DNA from: Acinetobacter phage vB_AbaM_ME3
Sequence record: KU935715.1
DNA: 64,000 nt
Reading direction: 5' to 3' (one strand)
Positions 38,116 through 46,927 of the stretch are shown in pieces. Each line of letters begins with the position of its first letter. The stretch's first letter is position 1. The notes beneath the pieces were generated by a model. It did not search any database. It was not told where the DNA came from and saw only the letters and a list, made by a program, of their open reading frames with translations. A program made the translations under genes and the position numbers.

Positions 38116-38483
38116 TCTTCAGCCTCTTGTATATTTTTGAAATGAAGAATTTCATGTACTACAGGTTCACCTTTATAATAACGATATACTTTAATTTCTT
38201 TAAAATAGTTATCTTCTACAATTTCTTCAGAAATTAAAGTTAGAAGATTATCATGAACAGAAGCTTGAGTATTTTGACTATCACATGCTTTATGTAATTC
38301 TGGGAACATGTCTTCAACATCTATATATGTAAGTCGATTATCAGATGTTACACCATCTCCATATTCCCAATAGCAAACTTCATAATCTGTTTCATCGTCA
38401 TAATGATTTTCATCAAATCTGAACAGCATGAAATAAAGAGGATCACCTTTTAAGGCAGGGTTAAAATTATCTAATCGTTTCAC
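38094..38483 (-). CDS. paralog family B member (MKRLDNFNPAL...; ASVHDNLLTLI)
   Basis: Leader plus SVH motif. Confidence 0.5.
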   Translation of the reverse strand: MKRLDNFNPALKGDPLYFMLFRFDENHYDDETDYEVCYWEYGDGVTSDNRLTYIDVEDMFPELHKACDSQNTQASVHDNLLTLISEEIVEDNYFKEIKVYRYYKGEPVVHEILHFKNIQEAEEWRVNNS

Positions 38484-38853
38484 GTTTAATCTTAATTCCT
38501 AAATTTTTTTCAAGATCTTCTAATTTAGGATTGGTAAAAGACCAATACAATTTTAAATCAGAAGGAGTTAACTCAGTATCAGATGTAGTCTCAATAAGAA
38601 CTTCATATATTTTAATACTTTGAACATTTCCTTGATTAAATACTTCTTGAGTTACAGCATTAAATTGAAAAGCAGTTTGAAAATCTTCAAATACAGTTAC
38701 AGATGAAGATATTTGTCTGCTAAACATTCCTTCTATATAAGCTTCAAAACCTTCTTTAAGAGAGCTACGTAGAAATACATCTAGAATGTTATGAGAATCT
38801 AAAGAAACAACATATTGACTTCTTTTAGAAAATTTATTTAATTTAGCCATCAT
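38467..38853 (-). CDS. paralog family C member (MMAKLNKFSKRS...; C-terminal EDLEKNLGI)
   Basis: Leader plus C-terminal motif. Confidence 0.5.
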   Translation of the reverse strand: MMAKLNKFSKRSQYVVSLDSHNILDVFLRSSLKEGFEAYIEGMFSRQISSSVTVFEDFQTAFQFNAVTQEVFNQGNVQSIKIYEVLIETTSDTELTPSDLKLYWSFTNPKLEDLEKNLGIKIKRETIR

Positions 38854-39742
38854 GTTCTCTTTGATAATTATCCAAAGTTTTTGTCAAACTATTGAATATA
38901 ACTCGAAGAGAAAATTCATGATCTGTATTTTCTACAATATGTTTAATCTGATCTAAAAGGTTAATGCAACCTTTCTTACGTTTTTCTACTTTACAAGGTT
39001 GTTGCTGTGATAAGTAATCAATCAATCGTTCTAAACTTCGTTTAACACAAGATACATTGTTTGTATAGATGTAATCACCTTCAATCATTGTATCGTTATA
39101 AGAAGTTGGTAATCGAATTTCTCCTATACAACCATTTTTAATATGTTCTTCAGTAATATATTTAAAATAATTAGATGGAAGAGGAATACGGAAAAGATGC
39201 TGTTTAACTTCAGAAGAACAGATCATATCTTGAGAATGTTCATTGAAATAACGTCTATAAGTTGAAAAATCATCAGCTTTATATGTTGGAAAATTTGCAT
39301 CAACTAAAGCGTCATCTTTAGGTAAGTCTACATAACAACTTGCATATGAATAAGCTGCTGCTTTACTAACAGCATTCTTACTACATTTAATTGATTTAAT
39401 CTCTTCTTTAGAGAAAACAAATCTACTAGAAGTTTTAATTACCTTTCCATTTACTAATGTAATTTCAATTTCTTTTCGATTACGATTATGAACAATAGAA
39501 AAAGTAGTATTTAAATATGGAATAACTACTACATAATCTTTATTACTCTTCTCGTCTGGAATAAGAGTGCTATTCATATTTACAAAATTAATAGCAAATA
39601 TTTTTTCAATCATAACTACCACCTGATGATCCACTGTCACATGAACTTGATCCTGAATCTCCACCAGAACAAGATGAGTACCCACCACTATAATCATAAT
39701 GACTAGAAGTTGATGGACTACTATGTGAAGGAGAAGTTTCAC
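38843..39742 (-). CDS. hypothetical protein (299 aa, N-terminal hydrophobic segment)
   Basis: ORF-track ORF. Confidence 0.5.
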   Translation of the reverse strand: MKLLLHIVVHQLLVIMIIVVGTHLVLVEIQDQVHVTVDHQVVVMIEKIFAINFVNMNSTLIPDEKSNKDYVVVIPYLNTTFSIVHNRNRKEIEITLVNGKVIKTSSRFVFSKEEIKSIKCSKNAVSKAAAYSYASCYVDLPKDDALVDANFPTYKADDFSTYRRYFNEHSQDMICSSEVKQHLFRIPLPSNYFKYITEEHIKNGCIGEIRLPTSYNDTMIEGDYIYTNNVSCVKRSLERLIDYLSQQQPCKVEKRKKGCINLLDQIKHIVENTDHEFSLRVIFNSLTKTLDNYQREHDG

Positions 39743-39983
39743 TTTTAGTAGTCTTTTTATTATTTCTGGTCTTTAGTAATTTATCAACAATTGTGGGAGG
39801 GGAGGAAGTTTTTGAAAGAGATCGAGACAATTTATTATATTTAGAAATAAGATTTTCATAGCTCTCTTTCAAAAGTAAATTTGCAGAATTAGCTTGAGCA
39901 AGTTTTCCATTTAAAGATAAAGCTTTAAAAATTAAAATAATATTAGAGACTAATAAAACTATTAAACAAAAAGTACTAAACAT
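39606..39983 (-). CDS. membrane-anchored protein with Ser/Gly/Cys-rich low-complexity C-terminus
   Basis: N-terminal TM helix. C-terminus SSCSGGDSGSSSCDSGSSGGSYD. Overlaps the upstream ORF by ~137 nt, so the start is uncertain. Confidence 0.4.
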   Translation of the reverse strand: MFSTFCLIVLLVSNIILIFKALSLNGKLAQANSANLLLKESYENLISKYNKLSRSLSKTSSPPTIVDKLLKTRNNKKTTKSETSPSHSSPSTSSHYDYSGGYSSCSGGDSGSSSCDSGSSGGSYD

Positions 39984-40016
39984 AACAGGATTTTTCCATA
40001 ATTGCTACTAACATAA

Positions 40017-40592
40017 TCATTCGAAATTAATTCCTAAACCTACTGCACGTAACATTTCAAATGTGAGTTGAGGATGGGTATGATGAATTGCATGACCACC
40101 AGCTTCAAGCCATTGTTTAATAGTTCGATCATAATCATCAATTAGTAAAGAGCCAGATTCAGCAAATACTTGTTTCTCCGCACTACCTTTAGCAAAGTTA
40201 ACTTTCAACTTACAATCGTAAGCTTTTAACCAACTAAGTTTTTGTCTTTCTAATTCTTCACGATGACTATTATACTTCATAGTTGAAGTTAAGATTTCAA
40301 CTTCTATACCTTGTTTTAACCAATGAGGTACATAAACTAAAAACATTTGTAATCCAAAATTAGTAATTGGAGCAGTTTCAAATAATTTTTGTTCAATACA
40401 TTTATTAATTAAAGGAAAAACAACTTTATTTTTATAACCTAAAACTTTAGCTTTTAAGATTTCAGTTGTTGTTCCTTTACCTAATTGTTCAAACATGCCT
40501 AGATCATTTACTAGAACACCATCCATATCTAAATAAATTTTTTTAATACTTGACATAAATATTCCTAATACAAAAAGAAAAGGAGAAGTCAA
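40017..40592 (-). CDS. HAD-superfamily 5'(3')-deoxyribonucleotidase-like hydrolase
   Basis: HAD motif I IYLDMDGVLV (DxDGV) near the N-terminus. Size and layout match phage 5'-nucleotidases. Confidence 0.6.
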   Translation of the reverse strand: MTSPFLFVLGIFMSSIKKIYLDMDGVLVNDLGMFEQLGKGTTTEILKAKVLGYKNKVVFPLINKCIEQKLFETAPITNFGLQMFLVYVPHWLKQGIEVEILTSTMKYNSHREELERQKLSWLKAYDCKLKVNFAKGSAEKQVFAESGSLLIDDYDRTIKQWLEAGGHAIHHTHPQLTFEMLRAVGLGINFE

Positions 40593-40608
40593 TTTTGACT
40601 TCTCCTTT
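40578..40608 (-). terminator. rho-independent terminator after the tail-fibre gene
   Basis: aaaggagaagtc-aatttt-gacttctccttt perfect 12-bp hairpin followed on the minus strand by TTCTTTTTG. Confidence 0.7.
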
Positions 40609-40617
40609 TGTAAAACG

Positions 40618-43600
40618 TTAAGCTATTTTAGCAATAGCTGTAGGGTTAATATAAATCCAATCTGTATAAGATCCATCCCAAGCTGAATTGATTACTAAAT
40701 CATGATCAGTAGGAGATAAGTAACTTACTAGTCTAACATTAGATTCTAAACCACTTCCATAATTTAATTCTACACTACCTAATTTAGCAGGAGTATAATC
40801 AGAAGTACCTTTATAAATAGGTGAAAGGATTCTAAAAACTGATTGCCCAGCTGTTAATGAGACAGGGAGTTTTAATTTTCCTCTAACCCATAAGTACCCA
40901 TCAAGATTAGCAAACTCTAGTAAGCAATTTTCATAAGTGACTCCTGATTGAGGATCACCGATGTTTACCATACTAATCCACTTTTGAATAGGTTTATTAA
41001 GAAGAGAATATTTGTAATTCAGATTATTTTGATCCGAAGTTAAAACTTCAACTACATCTCCAGTATTATAAATAGAACCATCTATTTCTAATCCGTCTAC
41101 AGTAACATTAATCATGTCACCTGACTTAGCTAACCAAGGTTTAAATGAAGTATCTGTATGCCTAATTTTAGAATAACTATTAAAATTAGATGTATCAAAA
41201 CTTACATTTAAAGTATCTTGTAAACTTAGTTTAGTTTCTGACTGCATATTAGGAGTAAAAGTAAAGAAAATAGATCCATCCCAAGATCCAGTCTTAGTGA
41301 CGTTTAATCCATCTGGATATCTATTACTTGTTACAGTAAAAGTATATTCACTTTCAGATATTTTTCTAACAAGGAAACCTAATTGAAGATCAAATGAATA
41401 AGTGACTCCTGGAATTTCAGAAATTCTAAATTGATTTCTACCATCTACTGAAACAGTTGTACCTCCAATAACAATAGCAAAGCTACCCTGAATAGCATTA
41501 ACTGTAAAAGTTGTATAATCTTCTGAAATAGTTAACTTCCTACCATATCGATATGTAGCAGGAGGAGCATATCCATAAATAATTGGTACAGTAATATTTC
41601 CAATATCTGATGTTGGTACTAATTTCCATGCATTAGTATTATCATCACTATGGAGTGATGGTAAATAATTGTTATAAGGTTTAAATCCAACATATGCTTT
41701 AGAATCTAAAGAATTTGATAAAGCTTCTACCTTATTAGTAACAAAAGAAGAAACAGCATTAGAATTAACTGGGTTATATCTAGAAGTATCTAAATCGTTT
41801 AATGTATAATTGGCTACATTATAGTCTTTATCTCTGTATACAACAAAATCAGATGTATCTTCATCAACAAAAACTATTAAATCATTATCTTCTAAAATTA
41901 TCGGATTATTTAATTCAAATTTAGACCAATTAGGAAAACTTCCAATAATCTTATAGTAAGTTTTAAAATTGGCTCCTACTGGTTTCTTAATTCTCATAGC
42001 TGGTTTAACAGCATATTTAAATGAAGTTGCAGAAATATAAGAATTATTTACTGAGAGATCTTGTAAATTAACATAAAGATTAGCTGGTTTTAAATATCCT
42101 AGATAATCTGATAAATCTAAAAATCCTAAAACTTCATTATTAAAATCATAATCAGGAAGGAAGTAAACTTTTCCAACATCTTTATCAAAATAAAGAGTAA
42201 CTGTTGGATCAGTGTTTGTTCCTTGATACCAGTTAAACTGAGCAACATCTATTATGTTGTAAAGATTATTAAAAGCAAATTGGATTTTAATCTTTTTACC
42301 ACCAAAGTCACCTTCTTCATGTGTAAAAATTAACACTGGACTAGGAAGAGAACTTGGATTATTGATATATATAGTATCTAACGAAGCATCATTTGATAAA
42401 CTTAACACTAAAGGCTTTGTTTCAAGTAATCCTATATTAAGTACTGATTTATTACTAATTGGTTGAGAAGCACATAACCCTTGCATTGGAAGTATATTTG
42501 GATTATCCAGAACAGTAGTCGTATCCGTTCCTGAATCATAAGTAGCAGTTGTATAACTTGATACTTGAAATGCATTACCAGTTGTAAAAGACTCTTGTAA
42601 ATCACTACTATTAATAGGAATTACTTGTGAAACAACATCAGGAATTTCTGGGTTAGTTGTTGACTGTTCTGGAACTCTATCGATATAAATAAATTTAGTA
42701 CCATTATCATAAAATGATATTACACTATTAGCTTTAACTGTTTGAGATAGAATAGTTAAATCAACAGGAACAGTATAGAATACACCATCAACAGAATTAA
42801 TAGTTATTGTACTAGTATTTCTTTTACTCAAATCGAAAGGAATTGTTTGCGCATATAAATTTGCTCCATTCATTACAGCACCAACAGATACAAAATATGT
42901 ATTGTCTGTAAACTGATATTCGAATGTATATGCGTCTGTTGCAACAATTGTATCTTCTAAATAAATAGATAACTTATTATTTTTAATTTCTAAATAAATA
43001 AATTCATTTGCATAGTTAGGTCGAGAAAAACTATAAACTGGGGCACCAGTAGATAGTTTAACAACACTGACATCAACTGTACCAGTACCTTTACTTACTG
43101 TAATAATCTCATCATAATTAGATGTTGTACCAATTAAAGGAACAATATCAATAGGACTTGTAACTTGAGTCTCACTAAAAACTACTGAAACAGCCTTTGA
43201 AGAAGCTACAAATCCAAATTTAGATGTAAAAGGAATATTAACATTTGGAATATATGTTGCTTCTGGAACACCACCAGTGAGTGTTTTAGAAGTTATTACA
43301 CCTTTATTAAGAGTCCCTTCAAGTAACTGATCATTAGTTCCTAGTATTAAATTTGTTGATTTACCATCTACTGTATATGGTAAAGGTTCTACACCTACTG
43401 AACCACTTCCACCACCAGTTGGAATTTTACTAATTTCCGTAGTTACATAATCGCTAACTGCTTTAACTGTAGGATACTTAGTAGTATCAGCAATGCTTGT
43501 AGAATCAATTATAGTAGCTTTAGAAGCAATCTTTTCTAAAGATGATGTATCTATAGTAACAGAATTTAAATCTTCTTTAGTAGCGTAATCAGAAAGAACT

Positions 43601-44169
43601 GAAGCATCTGCTTTAGTACTAACAATATTCGTCAAGTTTGTAACTTGAGATTGAGTTGTAGTAATAGCTGAAGAATTAGCTGCAATGCTACTATTTGTTT
43701 CTGTTTTAAACTGGTCTAATTCAGAATTTAAAGTATCTAAACTGCTAGTTGTAGAAGTTTTGTGATTAGCTAAATCTGCTTGTACAGTAGACATAGTTAA
43801 ATCATTAGAACTTTTATAACTATCTATTTTTCCATTAACAGCAGTTATACTATCTTGTAAAGCACTTAAATTTGTCGTAGTATCATTTTTAAAATTATTA
43901 AAACTAGAATTAGTAGTTATAATTCTACCTTCAATCGCAGTTACTGAAATAGTAAGATTTTCTATAAGTGCTGTAGAAGATGTTGCTTTTGTATCAACTG
44001 CGGCTACAGAATCTGCAATTACAGAAAGTTCAGTTTCTGTATTAGTTTTAAGTTCATCTAATTCTAATGATACGTCTGTTAATCTATCTCTTGTTGTTGT
44101 AGCAATTGTATTAGTAGAAGTGAGACTACCTTCAGCAATTGTTAATCTATCATCTAAAGCCTCAATCAA
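40618..44169 (-). CDS. large tail fibre protein (1183 aa as an intact frame; true N-terminus probably at 44425, see frameshift)
   Basis: Very long Ser/Thr/Asn-rich ORF with an N-terminal repetitive coiled segment and a KYPTVKAVSDYV motif typical of phage fibres. Confidence 0.7.
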   Translation of the reverse strand: MIEALDDRLTIAEGSLTSTNTIATTTRDRLTDVSLELDELKTNTETELSVIADSVAAVDTKATSSTALIENLTISVTAIEGRIITTNSSFNNFKNDTTTNLSALQDSITAVNGKIDSYKSSNDLTMSTVQADLANHKTSTTSSLDTLNSELDQFKTETNSSIAANSSAITTTQSQVTNLTNIVSTKADASVLSDYATKEDLNSVTIDTSSLEKIASKATIIDSTSIADTTKYPTVKAVSDYVTTEISKIPTGGGSGSVGVEPLPYTVDGKSTNLILGTNDQLLEGTLNKGVITSKTLTGGVPEATYIPNVNIPFTSKFGFVASSKAVSVVFSETQVTSPIDIVPLIGTTSNYDEIITVSKGTGTVDVSVVKLSTGAPVYSFSRPNYANEFIYLEIKNNKLSIYLEDTIVATDAYTFEYQFTDNTYFVSVGAVMNGANLYAQTIPFDLSKRNTSTITINSVDGVFYTVPVDLTILSQTVKANSVISFYDNGTKFIYIDRVPEQSTTNPEIPDVVSQVIPINSSDLQESFTTGNAFQVSSYTTATYDSGTDTTTVLDNPNILPMQGLCASQPISNKSVLNIGLLETKPLVLSLSNDASLDTIYINNPSSLPSPVLIFTHEEGDFGGKKIKIQFAFNNLYNIIDVAQFNWYQGTNTDPTVTLYFDKDVGKVYFLPDYDFNNEVLGFLDLSDYLGYLKPANLYVNLQDLSVNNSYISATSFKYAVKPAMRIKKPVGANFKTYYKIIGSFPNWSKFELNNPIILEDNDLIVFVDEDTSDFVVYRDKDYNVANYTLNDLDTSRYNPVNSNAVSSFVTNKVEALSNSLDSKAYVGFKPYNNYLPSLHSDDNTNAWKLVPTSDIGNITVPIIYGYAPPATYRYGRKLTISEDYTTFTVNAIQGSFAIVIGGTTVSVDGRNQFRISEIPGVTYSFDLQLGFLVRKISESEYTFTVTSNRYPDGLNVTKTGSWDGSIFFTFTPNMQSETKLSLQDTLNVSFDTSNFNSYSKIRHTDTSFKPWLAKSGDMINVTVDGLEIDGSIYNTGDVVEVLTSDQNNLNYKYSLLNKPIQKWISMVNIGDPQSGVTYENCLLEFANLDGYLWVRGKLKLPVSLTAGQSVFRILSPIYKGTSDYTPAKLGSVELNYGSGLESNVRLVSYLSPTDHDLVINSAWDGSYTDWIYINPTAIAKIA

Positions 44170-44284
44170 CGCTTTATTAGTGTCTCCAGTAATAATACCT
44201 TCAATATCTTCTTTATTCTTTTTAGATTGATAAGCTAATTTAGCAATAGAAGAAATAATAGTATCTTGATCTGTTACAGGAATA

Positions 44285-44425
44285 CTAGTTCCAGGTATAA
44301 CTAATCCGTTTTAATTGAGTATTACGAATTTCTTCTCTTGTATATCCAGATGTACTACCAGTAATAGTTACTTCTTGATCAACAGATTCTACTGCTTGAT
44401 TAATAATTGAAATTGTATTACTCAT
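44285..44425 (-). pseudogene. N-terminal 46-codon segment of the tail fibre gene in a different frame (apparent 1-nt indel in an A4/T4 run near 44305-44310)
   Basis: ATG at 44425 overlaps the upstream stop (TAATG). MSNTISIINQAVESVDQ...TQLKRISYTWN*. The fibre frame is open upstream to a stop lying inside this segment. Confidence 0.5.
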
Positions 44426-44782
44426 TAACGTGTTACCTCTAAGTCTAATGCTAGTGAACCTTGTACTACTCTATATCGATCTCCATTAGGAAATTCTACT
44501 TCTAAGTCATAAACAGCTTGGCAAAAATGAAATGCAGCTGTTTCACTAGCAGTCATTTTTAATTCAATTCGATTATCATCTAAATTAAAATTAATTTTTC
44601 CATTTTCTGTAGATAACTCTAATAGAATATCTGGATCCCCGATAGATTCACGAATTTGCATAGAAGCTTTACAATCTTGAGTTAAAGGATAATCCTCTTC
44701 AACTCCGCCAATTAAAAGCAGCTTTAAATGTTGAACCTTGGTAAATTACAAAGTTTTTTATTAATGGTTTAATACCTATCAT
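44425..44782 (-). CDS. small structural-module protein (~118 aa) with apparent internal frameshift
   Basis: Strong RBS AAGGAGAAATTG-ATG at 44782. Frame A stops at 44699-44701; frame B (ORF-track 44425..44661 plus open upstream sequence) has no RBS-linked start. Confidence 0.45.
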
Positions 44783-44848
44783 CAATTTCTCCTTGATTAA
44801 GATATTTTTGGTTGTATGTGAAGGAGATCCAACCAAAGTCTCCTTCAC

Positions 44849-45208
44849 TTATAATTTCATATAACGGTCTCTAGTACCCTTAAATGTTTCTAATTCTTTT
44901 TGTAAATCTTCTTCAACAAGTTTAGCATGTTCAGTTACTTTTTGTAAATAATGATCAATTGCTTCTTGCTCTGTTGCAAAAGCATATATTTCTGCATAAG
45001 GTGAATAACTGTATAAGTTATTATACCAATTTACTTCCCCATTCTTAGAAACAGGTGAAATAAATTTATCCTTATGGTGTGCAGAAACTGCTATAGGTTT
45101 CCTAACTGTTGTAGCTCTCTTATTTCCTGGTAACCAATTAAAACCAGAGATATAGAAGACATCAGGTAAAAAATTTCTAATAGATGCAATATCACTAATT
45201 TTAATCAT
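44849..45208 (-). CDS. hypothetical protein (119 aa)
   Basis: ORF-track ORF. Confidence 0.5.
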   Translation of the reverse strand: MIKISDIASIRNFLPDVFYISGFNWLPGNKRATTVRKPIAVSAHHKDKFISPVSKNGEVNWYNNLYSYSPYAEIYAFATEQEAIDHYLQKVTEHAKLVEEDLQKELETFKGTRDRYMKL

Positions 45209-45483
45209 TTAGTTACTAATTCAGCTAAAGACTTAGTAGTATGAGTTATAGAAAACTCTTGTACAATTCCTGTACTTCCAATAAAAGTAAACTTGAGTCT
45301 ACCTTTTTTGTTACAAACTTCTAAAGTAGTGGCCTGAACACCTTTAGTAACACTACTTAAGAGGGAAGAATATTTTAATTTATATTCTTTGTCATCAATA
45401 ATAATACTATTTGTATTAGGTTTAGGCGTAATCTCTAAACCATCTATAATTAATTCTTTTAATTTTGTAATTGTGATAAACAT
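45205..45483 (-). CDS. hypothetical protein (92 aa)
   Basis: ORF-track ORF. Confidence 0.5.
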   Translation of the reverse strand: MFITITKLKELIIDGLEITPKPNTNSIIIDDKEYKLKYSSLLSSVTKGVQATTLEVCNKKGRLKFTFIGSTGIVQEFSITHTTKSLAELVTK

Positions 45484-45854
45484 TAAGATCTCATAAATTT
45501 AATAAAATTTTCAATATAACAATTAATATTTTCTTTTCCAATAGGATTCATACTATGAACATACCATGTTAAATCATTAGGTTCTAAACTCATATCAACA
45601 ATAGTATCACATAAATATTTAGCAGCATGATACCCTGTATATTCATTATGAGTATTATCAAAACAAGCTAAATCATGATCAAAAGAAAATACATAATCTT
45701 TCAAGTCTACAGAAAGATGGCATAACGAATCACACCAATCTTTAAATTCATCATATGTTCGTAGAATAGTAATAGAAGAAAATAACTGATTATAATTCAA
45801 CCATGTTACATCTTCAACAACTCGTTCATCATCTAAAAAAATTAATTTTTTCAC
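45483..45854 (-). CDS. hypothetical protein (123 aa)
   Basis: ORF-track ORF. Confidence 0.5.
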   Translation of the reverse strand: MKKLIFLDDERVVEDVTWLNYNQLFSSITILRTYDEFKDWCDSLCHLSVDLKDYVFSFDHDLACFDNTHNEYTGYHAAKYLCDTIVDMSLEPNDLTWYVHSMNPIGKENINCYIENFIKFMRS

Positions 45855-46318
45855 TTAGAATTTCTTTTTAAATAGTCTTCAAAAGTTTCATTATTAGAAT
45901 GATTACAACCCCAATAAAAGAAATCTCTACATAATCCACAAAAGATAAAAATATTAAAAACTAAATATGAAGCTGCAATTACTGCTGCGATATTAACAGC
46001 AAATGTAATTAAACCTCTAATTTCAGCATCTGTTTCATTTGGACGATAGAGAGTAACTTCTTCTCCAACTTCATATTTATAATATGTTTCTTTTGTTACT
46101 GAGATAGGAGCTTGTCTAGGAAATTTAACAGTATATTTAACTCCATAAAGATCCTTAGTCATTTCTTCAATAACACCAGAACCAACTAACTCTTGTTTGA
46201 TAGGATGTTCTTTTCCTAAGTATGTATAACAATATGAACAAATACCAATAGAAATAAGAATTAAACAAGATCTTACAAAATAAAGAAAAATCGATTGAGA
46301 TTTAAACTTTCTTATCAT
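45851..46318 (-). CDS. membrane protein (155 aa, two TM segments)
   Basis: Hydrophobic segments at the N-terminus and near residue 100. Confidence 0.5.
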   Translation of the reverse strand: MIRKFKSQSIFLYFVRSCLILISIGICSYCYTYLGKEHPIKQELVGSGVIEEMTKDLYGVKYTVKFPRQAPISVTKETYYKYEVGEEVTLYRPNETDAEIRGLITFAVNIAAVIAASYLVFNIFIFCGLCRDFFYWGCNHSNNETFEDYLKRNSK

Positions 46319-46520
46319 ACTGGAATATTCCTAATGAAGATTTCTTAATAATTTCAGTATATCCATAAGGGATAGTTGCTGCTAATTGGCCACCATTATA
46401 AATCTTAAATGGTTCAATACATACTATTCTACAATAGTCTTGTTTAATGTTATGAAGCACCTCTACTTTATACCCGATAGGGTGCTTCATAACTTTAACT
46501 TTAAGAAGCTGCCTTGGCAT
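46302..46520 (-). CDS. hypothetical protein (72 aa)
   Basis: ORF-track ORF. Confidence 0.45.
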   Translation of the reverse strand: MPRQLLKVKVMKHPIGYKVEVLHNIKQDYCRIVCIEPFKIYNGGQLAATIPYGYTEIIKKSSLGIFQYDKKV

Positions 46521-46917
46521 CTAAGATAGCAAGTTGAGCTTGAAGATCTTCTAAAGATCCTGAAGTTAATGCTTCTTTTTGTTTAGCTTCAATAGCTTCA
46601 CGAATAGCAGCACGTTGCTCATCAAGACGTTGACGATCTAATTTAGTTTTGTTTTCAGCCATACGTGTATCAATGATATGTTTTACAATATCAAAACGTA
46701 ATTGATTTAATTTATCTGCTTCAGATTGAACTGAATTATCAACAAAACTAATTTGAGTAGATGCACGTAATTCGCTGTGAAGGTCTACTGCAATACTGTT
46801 TAAACTAGATCCAGTCTTAGCTGTAAGAGCTAAATCCCACAGTTGTTCAACTGTTAATTCTCCACGAGTAGAAGGGAAACGTAGTTTAAGACGGCTTGCT
46901 TTTTCAAATAAAGACAT
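46501..46917 (-). CDS. hypothetical coiled-coil protein (138 aa)
   Basis: ORF-track ORF. Confidence 0.5.
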   Translation of the reverse strand: MSLFEKASRLKLRFPSTRGELTVEQLWDLALTAKTGSSLNSIAVDLHSELRASTQISFVDNSVQSEADKLNQLRFDIVKHIIDTRMAENKTKLDRQRLDEQRAAIREAIEAKQKEALTSGSLEDLQAQLAILDAKAAS

Positions 46918-46927
46918 AGCTTATCCT

